Assembly (NCBI GenBank): GCA_043732185.1
Contig: JAYTHY010000006.1
Coordinates: forward strand, 1 to 64,000
Reading direction: 5' to 3'
Length of the DNA stretch: 64,000 nt
Source: Fibrobacteria bacterium
GTDB taxonomy: Bacteria; Fibrobacterota; Fibrobacteria; UBA11236
The notes under the pieces are model-generated. The model saw only the letters and a list, made by a program, of their open reading frames with translations, made no database searches and was not told the DNA's origin. The position numbers were made by a program, and so were the translations under genes. Shown here one piece after another: positions 1 through 10,079 of this stretch (position 1 is the first letter of the stretch; each line of letters begins with the position of its first letter).

Positions 1-99
1 CGGAGGCGAGAGGATTCAGGAACTATGAAAATTTCCGAGTCGCGATTCTTTTCCACTGTGGGGGGTTCAAATACTTTCCATTCAAAAGGGCGTAGCGCC
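1..99 (+). mobile_element. Right end of an ISL3-family IS: transposase C-terminus (stop 93-95) and terminal end, truncated by the window edge
   Basis: Frame from nt 3 reads EARGFRNYENFRVAILFHCGGFKYFPFKRA*, matching the ISL3 transposase C-terminal motif (ARGFRNxxNFRxAILFHCG). The element ends ...GTAGCGCC followed by AT-rich AAATAATG, a candidate 8-bp target duplication. Confidence 0.75.
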
Positions 100-471
100 A
101 AATAATGAATAGTTGCGACTGTTGACTACAGTCTTATAGATCATGTCTTGGTTTGTGGGAGGTTGAGCGAAAAGCGGAGTTGAAAGGAAGAGAGGAAGGA
201 ATGTTCGAATCATACTATTTAACGATTGGTTCATAAGCCCCCCGGTTAGAGATTAAGTAAATCGTAACCCTTTTCCAATCCTAAATCCCGGCGATTTCCC
301 AACTTACCTCTCGCAGGAATGCCGAAAATCGGTACCACACTTAATCTGAGTTAAAATGCAGGCTTGCAATTAACTGAATCCAGTTGCAGTCCGTTCTGGA
401 CCCAATATTGTCGCTGCTTCAAGTAGATTTTAAATATTTATTTTCGAGGTGGTAAAAGCGATGCGGTTGCT

Positions 472-1938
472 ATGATAAAGGAAAAGATGAGCGATACAAC
501 AGAAAATCGTAAAAAGTGGACGGCGTTCTACGTGGTATGCCTAGGTGCATTGATGATAGTCCTCGATACCACCATTGTGAATGTGGCCCTTCCATCCATC
601 CGCACGGATCTGCATTTTGATGAATCCTCTTTGGCTTGGGTGGTAAACGCATACATGCTAACCTTCGGTGGATTCCTATTGCTGGGAGGGAGGCTGGGAG
701 ATTTATTTGGCCACCGCCGTCTATTTCTGATCGGTATCACGTTGTTTACGGTGGCGTCCCTGGCTTGCGGCTTGTCGAGCACGCGTTATATGCTAGTCGT
801 GGCACGCGGAATCCAGGGTCTGGGAGGCGCGGTGGTATCGGCAGTGGCGTTGTCGTTGTTGGCCAATCTTTTTCCTGAACCAGTTGAACGAGCCAAAGCC
901 ATGGGCGTATATGGATTCGTGTGTGCCGGCGGCGGAAGTTTGGGAGTACTTCTCGGAGGCGTGCTCACCGATGCATTGAACTGGCATGCAATTTTTCTGG
1001 TTAACATCCCCGTAGGCGTGGTGGTCTTTACTCTCGCCCGGACGCTGTTGCCTGCAGTGCGGAATCATTCCGACCAGGGCCGCGTAGACTTTGCCGGAGC
1101 CCTCAGCGTTACTGCTTCCCTAACTCTCGCTGTGTACGCTATTGTCAATGGGAACAGCCTCGGTTGGGTTTCCACGCAAACCCTCGGCTTATTGACTATT
1201 TCCATCGCACTAATGTGTTTATTCCTTTGGATCGAAGCCAAGGTCCGTTCACCGCTTATGCCGCTCCACCTTTTCCGATCTCGAAATGTGGCCGCAGTCA
1301 ACGTGGTAGGAGTACTCTGGGCCGCAGCCATGTTCACCTGGTTTTTCCTCTCCGCCCTGTACCTGCAACTGGTACTCGGTTACAGCCCCTTGCAGGTCGG
1401 CCTCTCCTTCCTCCCCGCAAATTTGACTATGGCTGTTTTTTCCCTCGGCATTTCCGCGAAGCTCGTGACGCGTTTTGGCCTGCGCGCACCGTTGGCAGTG
1501 GGATTGCTTTTGGCTGCCAGTGGACTCGCGCTGTTTGCCCGGGCACCGGTGGACGGAAGCTTTATCGTCCATGTGCTCCCCAGTATGGTATTGCTGGGAG
1601 TCGGTTCGGGCGCAGCGTTTAATCCCTTACTCATGGCCGCAATGGGAAGCGTAGCACCTTCGGAGTCGGGATTGGCCTCCGGCGCCGTGAACACTTCGTT
1701 CATGATGGGTGGTGCCCTCGGGCTAGCCAGTCTTGCTAGCCTGGCAACTTCACGTACGTCTGGCCTTTTATCCGCGGGTACCAACCAAACGCTCGCACTC
1801 AACGGCGGCTACCACGCGGCTTTCCTCGCCGGTACCATCTTTGCTATTGTTGCGGCTGCGATTGGAGCTTATTTTATCAGTGAGAATACGATAGTTGAGT
1901 CTCATGAATCAGCCAGGCCTGCGGCTAAGAGAGGTTGA
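472..1938 (+). CDS. DHA2 (EmrB/QacA) family MFS efflux transporter, 14 TM
   Basis: LDTTIVNVALPSI, WVVNAYMLTFGGFLLLGGRLGDLFGHRR and ARGIQGLGGA motifs. Start may be ATG 487. Confidence 0.92.
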   Translation: MIKEKMSDTTENRKKWTAFYVVCLGALMIVLDTTIVNVALPSIRTDLHFDESSLAWVVNAYMLTFGGFLLLGGRLGDLFGHRRLFLIGITLFTVASLACGLSSTRYMLVVARGIQGLGGAVVSAVALSLLANLFPEPVERAKAMGVYGFVCAGGGSLGVLLGGVLTDALNWHAIFLVNIPVGVVVFTLARTLLPAVRNHSDQGRVDFAGALSVTASLTLAVYAIVNGNSLGWVSTQTLGLLTISIALMCLFLWIEAKVRSPLMPLHLFRSRNVAAVNVVGVLWAAAMFTWFFLSALYLQLVLGYSPLQVGLSFLPANLTMAVFSLGISAKLVTRFGLRAPLAVGLLLAASGLALFARAPVDGSFIVHVLPSMVLLGVGSGAAFNPLLMAAMGSVAPSESGLASGAVNTSFMMGGALGLASLASLATSRTSGLLSAGTNQTLALNGGYHAAFLAGTIFAIVAAAIGAYFISENTIVESHESARPAAKRG

Positions 1939-1939
1939 T

Positions 1940-2341
1940 ATGTTACAACGATTTTTGTCCCCGGGAACCGAAGCTACTTTTACTTTACTCCGTATCGTTA
2001 CAGGGCTAATTTTTGCTTTCCACGGAATGCAGGGTCTCTTCGGCTATCATATTCCGGTTGAATATATTCCGAAAATCGGCACACAGGGCTGGATTGGATC
2101 TGTCATTGAAATCTCCACAGGTCTGTTCATTGCTGCTGGAGCATTCACCACTTGGGCGTCCTTCCTGGCCAGCGGTACAATGGCCGTGGCTTATACCCAA
2201 TTCCATTGGAAGTTCCAACTGGGTGCCAATTTTTTCCCCCCGATAAACCAGGGCGAATTGGCTCTGCTGTATTGCGTGATATTTTTGTACTTCGCCTGTC
2301 GGGGCGGAGGCAAATTCAGCGTGGACGCATTTATTGACTGA
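1940..2341 (+). CDS. DoxX family membrane protein
   Basis: LLRIVTGLIFAFHGMQ, ASFLASGTMAVAY, NQGELALLY and GGGKFSVD motifs. ATG 1940 follows the MFS stop with a GAGG RBS. Confidence 0.88.
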   Translation: MLQRFLSPGTEATFTLLRIVTGLIFAFHGMQGLFGYHIPVEYIPKIGTQGWIGSVIEISTGLFIAAGAFTTWASFLASGTMAVAYTQFHWKFQLGANFFPPINQGELALLYCVIFLYFACRGGGKFSVDAFID

Positions 2342-3947
2342 ATGGTATCTGTGCAGTGAATTTCTTTGCTGATTGGTGATTGATCTGCCTTGGATTCTTG
2401 GTAAGGCGTGCACCATTGGCATTGAAAAGATGGGAAGCATCTGGGCCTTTAGTTGGGGCAACGCTACCTTGCCTTGAGCGATAAGGAATATCGGTCGAGT
2501 TTTTCAAACCGACCAATGCATTCATGCTCGTTAGAGAATACGTTTGATCTTCCCACATTTGCAAATCCAATGACAGAGGTCTGTTGTACGCACGTGCATT
2601 CGTTACCCAAGCTTGGAGCTGGCTTAAGGTCACCTGGCTAGTGATTAACTGATTGGCTGAATGGATGCCCCAATCATTTTCCAGAGTGAACATTCCGTGT
2701 CCAATAAGACCCTTCTGAGGCCCATCGGTAAACACCCCGTTGCCGCCTTTTGCCGAACTGCCGAATTGCGATTCCCCATGGTACCCTTCCCCAAATTGAA
2801 CATCTTGAAAATCCGTAAACCTCGCCGCGACCCAGGGGTTCCAAGAAATTAAGCGATTTGGATTTCCCATTCTTGCAATGGCTCCAAGTCGTTCAAAAGG
2901 TGCGGGATAATAGGTGCATCCATCATCAAAAAACCATCCGTCAAGATTTGTTCCGTAGCGAGTCCCGATTTCGCCGACAACGGCGCTCCAATTATTTATG
3001 AATGTCGAACGATCGCCTGAACCTGTCGCATCAAAATTTGCAGGCCAATTTTGTTTCGCAACCCACGCTGGCTCCTGTCCCATTCCGCTGTGGTAGTAGA
3101 GGAAAAGTTTAATTCCTTTATTATGCAGTGCCGAAGCAATTTCCCCAATCACATCACGGGTGGATGTATAACCGACAGTTCCAATGATACTGTCTACCGC
3201 GCGTATCGGAGCTACCAGCTTATATTCGAACCAGGTAATGGACCATATCACATACGACGCGCCCGTGGATTGAACCGTGTTCACGAATCGATTCACATCG
3301 AATCCATCAGCGAAATTCTGCAGGGGTTTTCGAGGGCCTGAGGGCGGATAGCCCCATGGACCAAATTGGAGCATCAGACCGTACCCGGCGTTGCTGAACC
3401 AAGTTGGAAACTTTTTGAAATTTGCAACTCTCGTTTCGTATGCAGGCTTATCCGTCTCACGAAGCAATTCCAGGGATTTGATCTCGATGTTACTGGCGAT
3501 GGCAGAATTTCTGACTAATTGTAATACATGCGTGCATGCGGGAATATTAATCACTCCCGCATCTAGCTTATCCCAACCGATTGCTCGAGTGGTGAAATCT
3601 AGGGTCGCAGCCTGACCAGCAATGGAAAGTTTTAAAGGCACGGCTGAACCGGAGTTCAGCAACGCCCATACATGATAATTGGCACCGGTCGCAAGACTGA
3701 CGTTCCATCGAAAATAATCATTTACGCTGTCATTAAAATTCGTCATCCACATGTGCTTTGTGGTTCCATAATTCGGTGCCGTCATGCCCGAGTTGTGATC
3801 TGCTGCGCCAGCCATAAGGAAAACCAGATTATCGATCGTCGCAGCTTGATCAAAAACGATTGGATTGGGCCCAACTTGGGGTACATCCGTATCGGCAAAA
3901 GTGGTCACACATATAAAGGCCATAAAAAATCCGAATTTAATTGACAT
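2331..3947 (-). CDS. Secreted GH29-like (alpha-L-fucosidase fold) glycoside hydrolase with an N-terminal beta-sandwich domain
   Basis: Signal peptide MSIKFGFFMAFICVTTFA; WFSNAGYGLML, FDVNRFV..TGASYVIW, GIKLFLYY and LDGWFFDD motifs of the GH29-like barrel. Start chosen at ATG 3947 (ORF track starts at 4019). Confidence 0.65.
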   Translation of the reverse strand: MSIKFGFFMAFICVTTFADTDVPQVGPNPIVFDQAATIDNLVFLMAGAADHNSGMTAPNYGTTKHMWMTNFNDSVNDYFRWNVSLATGANYHVWALLNSGSAVPLKLSIAGQAATLDFTTRAIGWDKLDAGVINIPACTHVLQLVRNSAIASNIEIKSLELLRETDKPAYETRVANFKKFPTWFSNAGYGLMLQFGPWGYPPSGPRKPLQNFADGFDVNRFVNTVQSTGASYVIWSITWFEYKLVAPIRAVDSIIGTVGYTSTRDVIGEIASALHNKGIKLFLYYHSGMGQEPAWVAKQNWPANFDATGSGDRSTFINNWSAVVGEIGTRYGTNLDGWFFDDGCTYYPAPFERLGAIARMGNPNRLISWNPWVAARFTDFQDVQFGEGYHGESQFGSSAKGGNGVFTDGPQKGLIGHGMFTLENDWGIHSANQLITSQVTLSQLQAWVTNARAYNRPLSLDLQMWEDQTYSLTSMNALVGLKNSTDIPYRSRQGSVAPTKGPDASHLFNANGARLTKNPRQINHQSAKKFTAQIPFSQ

Positions 3948-4194
3948 GGATATTCCCTTACATAAACCATTCCTATATCCCATACAGCCAATAAATATCG
4001 AAAAATGATATTCCTCCAAGGGTTAAGGGCTCTTATTTTCCACCCATTAAATAATTGGTAAGTATTTCTACTACTCCCGAATTTCTAAAGAGATTACAAA
4101 TGCTTGCGGTAAATCCATAGTCAGCAGGCTGACTTATCGCCCCACCTGCCAAACTGGAATCGAGTTCGCTTTACAGTCGAACGACGGTGGGCTT

Positions 4195-4516
4195 CAATTT
4201 CTCTCTTTTCTCGTCATTAACGCGTCCAAAGAAAAGCGATTTAAGTACGGAAGGCTCTTTTAAAGCAGCACCCTCCTAGCAATTCACCAGCACCATGGAC
4301 ATTTGCAGCGAATCCACCTGTTCGGGCAGTTCCTTACACAGCTTGGCCTCAGCCAAGCACTTGGCCAGATTTTCACCAATGGTTGAAAGACAGTGATCAA
4401 TTTTTTTGGCGAACAGATCACTTACAAACAACAATTCCTGCCCCAAACCGCCGAGCAAGCAGCCCAAGTAGCATCTTTAGGCCGGCTTCAAGCAAATGTT
4501 TTTTTGTAGCATGCAT
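4195..4516 (-). pseudogene. TetR/NemR-family regulator pseudogene (HTH deleted, frameshift, premature stop)
   Basis: ATG 4516 reads MHATKKHLLEAGLKMLL, then another frame gives YLGCLLGGLGQEL...LVNC*EGAAL (family motifs GCLLG and CWEGA, with W replaced by TAG). The 3' boundary is approximate. Confidence 0.7.
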
Positions 4517-4656
4517 CCTTTTGCGCTGCACCCGAACTTTTCACTCGAAAATCTGAAATTTAACCAAAGACGTCGGCTTGATGTTTCACCTGAACCTAGG
4601 TGCTTAGAAATGTATGACTTCTGAGCAGATATGTCTTCTAAGCAGATTATTCCAAT

Positions 4657-5250
4657 TTATTTTTTCCCAGGTGGAAGGAGCACTTTATCAATGATGTAGA
4701 CGATGCCGTTCGAGGCCATTACGCTTCCCACCACATTGGCATCATTTATCATGATTTTTCCGTCCTTATTTGAAATGGTTGCATTGTCGCCATTGGCCAT
4801 TCCCAACTTTTGGCCGTCTTTCAGCATATTTTCTTTCAACACCGGAACAGCAACATGGTATTGAAGAATATTAGCCAAGTCCTTTTTCTTATCTGGGGCG
4901 AGCAGACCTTCCACTGTCCCTTTTGGAAGCAAATCAAAGGCTGCATTTGTCGGTGCGAAAACAGTATAAGGACCTGAATTTGCCAGCACATCCACTAGAT
5001 CAGCGGCCTGCACGACTTTCACCAATGTCGTATGGTCTTTTGACCCAATGGCGACTTTTACCACATTCATTTGGGATTCATTGTCAGCAATGGTGGCCTG
5101 ACTTCCAGCTTTACCAACTTCTTCACTTTTCGGAGGCGCTTGCTGTTCCGATTTTTGCTCCGTTTTCCCATTACAGGCAATAAGAAAACCTGCTACTAAA
5201 ATCGAACCCAGTAAAAATTCTATTCTCAACGCACTTGTTTTGTTTTGCAT
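4657..5250 (-). CDS. Fasciclin (FAS1) domain lipoprotein
   Basis: Lipobox LIAC; GPYTVFAPTNAAF, ILQYHV and ASNGIVYIIDKVLLP motifs. Confidence 0.92.
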   Translation of the reverse strand: MQNKTSALRIEFLLGSILVAGFLIACNGKTEQKSEQQAPPKSEEVGKAGSQATIADNESQMNVVKVAIGSKDHTTLVKVVQAADLVDVLANSGPYTVFAPTNAAFDLLPKGTVEGLLAPDKKKDLANILQYHVAVPVLKENMLKDGQKLGMANGDNATISNKDGKIMINDANVVGSVMASNGIVYIIDKVLLPPGKK

Positions 5251-5364
5251 ATTACTTTTTCCTATTCACCTGGACAATTCCGGCAACTAGTAGCTTCCTC
5301 CTGTCTAAGAGATTAGGTAAAGAAAAGTCATTTTCCAATACGATTTTGCAGGACATTTTGACAA

Positions 5365-7158
5365 GTGCTTGCAAACAACCCGAAGTATCGGCTTGCAAAC
5401 ATCCAGAAGTATCGAGGAAGATTGCACCTCTTCCTTATTGTCTGCCGTTATGCTAAAATCGTTGGCATGACAGCCTCTTCGCTCAATAAAATGAGGGCAA
5501 CTACGTTTCTAATTTGGGTCATCGGATCGTTGACATTTCGATCCCGCCTTTGGGCTGCAGAGTCTTTCATAATTTGGGTTGCATTCATTTTATTCTCTTT
5601 TGGCATGAATGCGGCCAGTAGGAGCTATATACAGAAAGCATTCCGATTGGTACCCGGTACTATTGCGCCATTTCTCTTTCCAATTTTGGCGGGCACTCTG
5701 TTTACCATGTGGGGGATTTGGCAAACTTATTTACTTCGCGATCCAGGAGATTTCGATTTTTCCTGTTACACCAACGCTATATGGAATCTTACCCATGGAA
5801 GCCACTGGATGTCCATCGCAAAACGGGATATTTTTGGTAGCCACTCCAGTTATACATTGTGGGCATGGGTACCCGTATGGAGGTTAGTCGAACAGAGTAC
5901 AGGTCCAATTCATTCCGCATGGATCGCTCCACTATTCCTCAAAGGAATCCAAGGACTTTCATTGACGCTTGCGGGCTGTATTATCATTTCACCATTGCGA
6001 AATCGGGTATTGACGTGTAACCTACTCGGATTGGCCGTGATAATATCCCCATCTTTTGCCGCTAAATTTTTTTTCGGATTTCATCCTGAAGTGATCGGCG
6101 CGCCAATTCTTGCATGGATGATATTAAAATTCGCTGAATCGACAGCTTTTGCGAGAACGGGAAAACCAATGCCGATACTCCATTCAAATTTGAACCTATT
6201 CCTTCTGAGTGCCGCGGCCTTGTTTCTTTGCGCCACTAAGGAAACTTATTCCTTGGCAATCGCAGGCATTTTACTCTGCGAGTTTATGAATAGACTGGCA
6301 CCTACGAGAATACAAAGGCTTCATGGGAATTATTTTTGGAAAATAATCGGAATACTGAAGTCCGATCCCTATTTCTGGATACTTCCCCTGCTATGCACAG
6401 GCTACTTGGCTGCGTATTGGTTTTATTTTATTCCACTGGTCAACAACGGCAGCCCGATGCCATTGGCCACGGAACAGCCCCACTCCATAACCGAAATTCT
6501 AAACCTTTGGTTTCGTGCAGACACCGTAATGTTTATTCTGTGGGCTTTACTTCCCGTTGTGATCCTCTTTTTCAAATTGCCATGGCGGTTTCTGCTCTTG
6601 ATCTTTCCTTGGATACTTTTTTACGCCTCATTTCCGGATTGCAGTTACCGAGAGCTGTTCCGCCATTATTATTTTCCATTTATTTTGTTGGCCTATGGAG
6701 GCATAGCATGGCATCCTGGTCTTTTCCGAAAAACCTATGTGGCAGGTGGCCTGCTGACCGCATCCTTACTTTGCTTCCCACTGTCCAAACTGGTCTTTGT
6801 CGGCCCCATTCCCGGTACAAGACAAGCAAATGAAGCCATTGAAACGAAGAACAATTTGCTTGCTCTATTTTCACTTGTCCCAGTTGAAGGCAGACTCCTT
6901 TGCCATGGGCACTTTCAATACCTATGTGCATCCCGTCAAGAAGCAGAAAACTATGTGTACCGATATCGTCCCTCCCGAGATTTCGATTATATCCTATTTG
7001 ATACGCAGTGGAGGCAGCCCTGGATGCCAGCATTGACGGACTTGAAGCAGGATTTTTCCGATTTTATCCTTTCTGATACTTCCGCGGCTCGTTTCAAAAA
7101 TATGGCAGGACATTCTTCAGTAGAATTATGGAGCAGAGTGCATGCAGATTCCGAATGA
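5365..7158 (+). CDS. DUF2079-like polytopic membrane protein (putative GT-C glycosyltransferase)
   Basis: DFSCYTNAIWNLTHG, FGSHSS, GFHPE, TKET and HYY motifs with many TM segments. The true start is likely downstream (e.g. ATG 5604). Confidence 0.65.
   Translation: MLANNPKYRLANIQKYRGRLHLFLIVCRYAKIVGMTASSLNKMRATTFLIWVIGSLTFRSRLWAAESFIIWVAFILFSFGMNAASRSYIQKAFRLVPGTIAPFLFPILAGTLFTMWGIWQTYLLRDPGDFDFSCYTNAIWNLTHGSHWMSIAKRDIFGSHSSYTLWAWVPVWRLVEQSTGPIHSAWIAPLFLKGIQGLSLTLAGCIIISPLRNRVLTCNLLGLAVIISPSFAAKFFFGFHPEVIGAPILAWMILKFAESTAFARTGKPMPILHSNLNLFLLSAAALFLCATKETYSLAIAGILLCEFMNRLAPTRIQRLHGNYFWKIIGILKSDPYFWILPLLCTGYLAAYWFYFIPLVNNGSPMPLATEQPHSITEILNLWFRADTVMFILWALLPVVILFFKLPWRFLLLIFPWILFYASFPDCSYRELFRHYYFPFILLAYGGIAWHPGLFRKTYVAGGLLTASLLCFPLSKLVFVGPIPGTRQANEAIETKNNLLALFSLVPVEGRLLCHGHFQYLCASRQEAENYVYRYRPSRDFDYILFDTQWRQPWMPALTDLKQDFSDFILSDTSAARFKNMAGHSSVELWSRVHADSE
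5367..5414. repeat. 24-bp imperfect tandem repeat, 2 copies
   Basis: gcttgcaaacaacccgaagtatcg / gcttgcaaacatccagaagtatcg (22/24 identical). Confidence 0.85.
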
Positions 7159-7239
7159 TTTAGAGGTTCACTGGAAACTTCTTGCTAAGATGCAACAGCT
7201 CTTTTCTCATTTGAACTTTCCAAACTGAAAGGGGTAGCC

Positions 7240-7881
7240 TTGGGTCAAATTGAAACCGGCATCAGAAAAGTGTTATCAGCACCTGCGGTGTATGATTTTT
7301 TCCAGGAAATCGTTGGCGTGCGTCAGCTTCGGATACGCTGGATTAGGGACTGCCTTAAACCTTTCCCACATGCACGTATACTAGATATCGGATGTGGAAC
7401 TGCCGAAATACTGGCCCTGTTGCCGATGGATGTTGAATATACTGGCTTCGATATGAGTCCAAACTATTTGGAATCCGCTCGACAAAGGTTCGGGAAAAGA
7501 GCAATTTTTACTTGCGATAAAGTTAAAATGTTCCACTCTGATGACCCATTGGAATTCAAAAAGCATTTCGGAGAATTTGATTTCGTGATAGCATTAGGAG
7601 TATTGCATCATTTGAATGATGAGGAAGGAACGGAACTTTTTCAAACAGCTCGCAAAGCCTTAAAACCCAAGGGTAGGCTGTTAACTATGGATCCAACCTT
7701 TGTCCCTAATCAGTCCTTCCTATCTCAATTTTCGATATCACATGATCGCGGACAAAATGTGCGCAGTCCAGAAGCATATGCGGCTTTAGGAGAAGATTCC
7801 TTTACCCAAAGAAATCTAACCGTATGGAAAAATGCTTTATGGATACCCTATGATCACGCGCTACTGGATTGTCGCAATTAG
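7240..7881 (+). CDS. Class I SAM-dependent methyltransferase
   Basis: ILDIGCGTA, GFDMS and GVLHHL motifs; TTG start after a GGGG RBS. Confidence 0.88.
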   Translation: MGQIETGIRKVLSAPAVYDFFQEIVGVRQLRIRWIRDCLKPFPHARILDIGCGTAEILALLPMDVEYTGFDMSPNYLESARQRFGKRAIFTCDKVKMFHSDDPLEFKKHFGEFDFVIALGVLHHLNDEEGTELFQTARKALKPKGRLLTMDPTFVPNQSFLSQFSISHDRGQNVRSPEAYAALGEDSFTQRNLTVWKNALWIPYDHALLDCRN

Positions 7882-7894
7882 CCGGTCCAAACCT

Positions 7895-8875
7895 TTATCC
7901 AATACTATTAAGGTTTTGATTCGAGTCCAGACCAATGCCAATTTCCATGACATAGGCTGGCTTGGTCATCGATCGGGAATGCATTCGAGCCAAGTATTCT
8001 CCCATCACTCCAATAGCAAACAATTGAGCACCAGAAAAGATCGCAATGATGGAAGCCAAAAAAGGGAATCCGGGAACGTTCCGACCTTGAATAAAATAAA
8101 TGGATACCACGTAAACTAAAATAAAAATACCGAACATCGTAAAGGCGAAACCCATCCAACTTGCCAACCGCAATGGCATTGTACTAAAGCCAGTAACCAT
8201 GTTGAGTGCATGGGTCAACAATTTCGTAAGCGTATAATTGGAAACGCCAAGATTTCGCACATCGTGTCGAACAGAAATCGCGGCGAATCGAGTTGTAGCC
8301 CACGTCAATAAAACATCGATGGAAAGAAACGGACTATGAAAACGTTCAAATGCCATGCGCAACCGCGTACGGAAAACGCGGAAAGAACTGACCTTGCGGG
8401 CTGTAACGGCTCCCATAGTACCCTGAAGCACCATTTTTGTAATCACTGAAGCCATGTCTCTAAGGAATCCATGCCGCTCATGATCGGGGGTTCCATAAAC
8501 CACATCGAATCCCTGGGATAGTTTAGCTAAAAGCTTTGGAATTTCCTCAGGAGGATTTTGGAGATCATCATCAATAGTAATTAGGATATCCATAGACGCA
8601 GCGCGAATACCGCAGAGCAAAGCGTTATGCTGACCGTAATTTCTGCTTAATTTAATGGCTTTGATACGCTTATCGGAGGCGGCCAACGTTTGCAGATATT
8701 CCCAAGATCCGTCGTGCCCGCCGTCTTCCACTAAAATGATTTCGTACTCGCTACCCGTAGAAAGCATGCTATCCGTCAGCCTGCGATACAAGCCAGGAAG
8801 GCATTCCAAGCTTTTATAAATGGGTACAACGACGCTACAGCCCGGTTTTAGGTTCACCCTGTTATTATAAACCAA
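7895..8875 (-). CDS. GT2 polyprenyl-phosphate glycosyltransferase (ArnC/GtrB-like)
   Basis: SVVVPIY, VEDGGHD, SRNYGQHNALLCG and IDDDLQNPPEEI motifs, two C-terminal TM helices, GEYLAR. Confidence 0.9.
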   Translation of the reverse strand: MVYNNRVNLKPGCSVVVPIYKSLECLPGLYRRLTDSMLSTGSEYEIILVEDGGHDGSWEYLQTLAASDKRIKAIKLSRNYGQHNALLCGIRAASMDILITIDDDLQNPPEEIPKLLAKLSQGFDVVYGTPDHERHGFLRDMASVITKMVLQGTMGAVTARKVSSFRVFRTRLRMAFERFHSPFLSIDVLLTWATTRFAAISVRHDVRNLGVSNYTLTKLLTHALNMVTGFSTMPLRLASWMGFAFTMFGIFILVYVVSIYFIQGRNVPGFPFLASIIAIFSGAQLFAIGVMGEYLARMHSRSMTKPAYVMEIGIGLDSNQNLNSIG

Positions 8876-9049
8876 TTATCGGCGCACAAGTCAGGTGGAA
8901 ATGCCAAAATTTAAAAATTCGTGAGTGGAAATCAAACGCAGTCACATAGTAAACCGGGCCGAAGGAAATAAATGAGGTGTAACTGTGGAATCGAGCCGTT
9001 TTTAAACATATACTGACCATAAATAATTGAACGATGAATAAGGAGCAGC

Positions 9050-10018
9050 TTGGCCAATAAACCAAAGGTATGCATCATCGGAGGTTTTGGATTCATAGGT
9101 TCAAACCTCTTAGAACGGTTTCTGGCCTCTCAGAAGTACGAAATTATAGTTTTTGAATTCATGAATATCGCCCCCAAGAGGCAATCCCATACCAATGGGG
9201 TCAAAGTCTATTATGGCGATTTTCAGAATCCACGGGACTTAGAACATGTATTTATTGAAAACCAAATCGATATTGTCGTGCATTTAATTTGTACAACCGT
9301 TCCGGAAACCTCTAATGCCAATATCAATTATGATATTCAAACGAATTTAATGGATACGGTTCGCCTGTTGGATTTGATGCGAAAGCACAAAGTTAATCGA
9401 ATTGTTTTCCTGTCATCCGGGGGCACGGTTTACGGCTTACCGAAAGCATTGCCTTTTACAGAAGAATCACCAACCGACCCCATCTGCTCTTACGGGATTA
9501 CCAAGCTTGCCATTGAAAAATATTTACACTTATTCCACCACTTGTATGGCATTCAATATCTCATTTTAAGGCCTTCAAATCCGTATGGGCCTCTCCATAC
9601 TTCCAACAAACAAGGTTTGATAAATGTTTTGCTTCGTAAAATATTGGCTGATGAAACTATCACAATTTGGGGCAATGGCCAGGTAGTACGTGACTATATT
9701 TATATCAAAGACATGGCTGAAATTGTATTTCGATTAATTGACGAAAACGTAACGAATCAAATAGTAAATATAGGTTTTGGAAATGGACATTCAATTTTGA
9801 ATATCCTCGATATTCTAAAAGTTAGATTTCCACTATTGCGTGTTGAATTCCAACCTCCGCGTGGATTCGATGTGAGGCGTTTGGATATGAATGTCGACAA
9901 AATGAAATCGCTTTGCAATATCCCATTAGTTGACATCAATACTGGAATAGACCTAACGCATAAGTGGCTCATTAAAAATGCATCCGCAAATATTGACTTT
10001 TCCAATGGACAGAACTAA
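9050..10018 (+). CDS. NAD-dependent epimerase/dehydratase
   Basis: GGFGFIGS, SSGGTVYG, YGITK (YxxxK), NPYGP and RDYIYI motifs. Confidence 0.92.
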   Translation: MANKPKVCIIGGFGFIGSNLLERFLASQKYEIIVFEFMNIAPKRQSHTNGVKVYYGDFQNPRDLEHVFIENQIDIVVHLICTTVPETSNANINYDIQTNLMDTVRLLDLMRKHKVNRIVFLSSGGTVYGLPKALPFTEESPTDPICSYGITKLAIEKYLHLFHHLYGIQYLILRPSNPYGPLHTSNKQGLINVLLRKILADETITIWGNGQVVRDYIYIKDMAEIVFRLIDENVTNQIVNIGFGNGHSILNILDILKVRFPLLRVEFQPPRGFDVRRLDMNVDKMKSLCNIPLVDINTGIDLTHKWLIKNASANIDFSNGQN

Positions 10019-10079
10019 ACACTGATGAAAAAATAGCGGAAACTGAAGTTTCAGATCACGCTATAAAATTCCATTCTTA

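Noticed and set aside
8865..9065. 66 aa ORF as a GtrA-like flippase
   Set aside because: Too short, no recognisable motif, and it spans the divergent promoter region.
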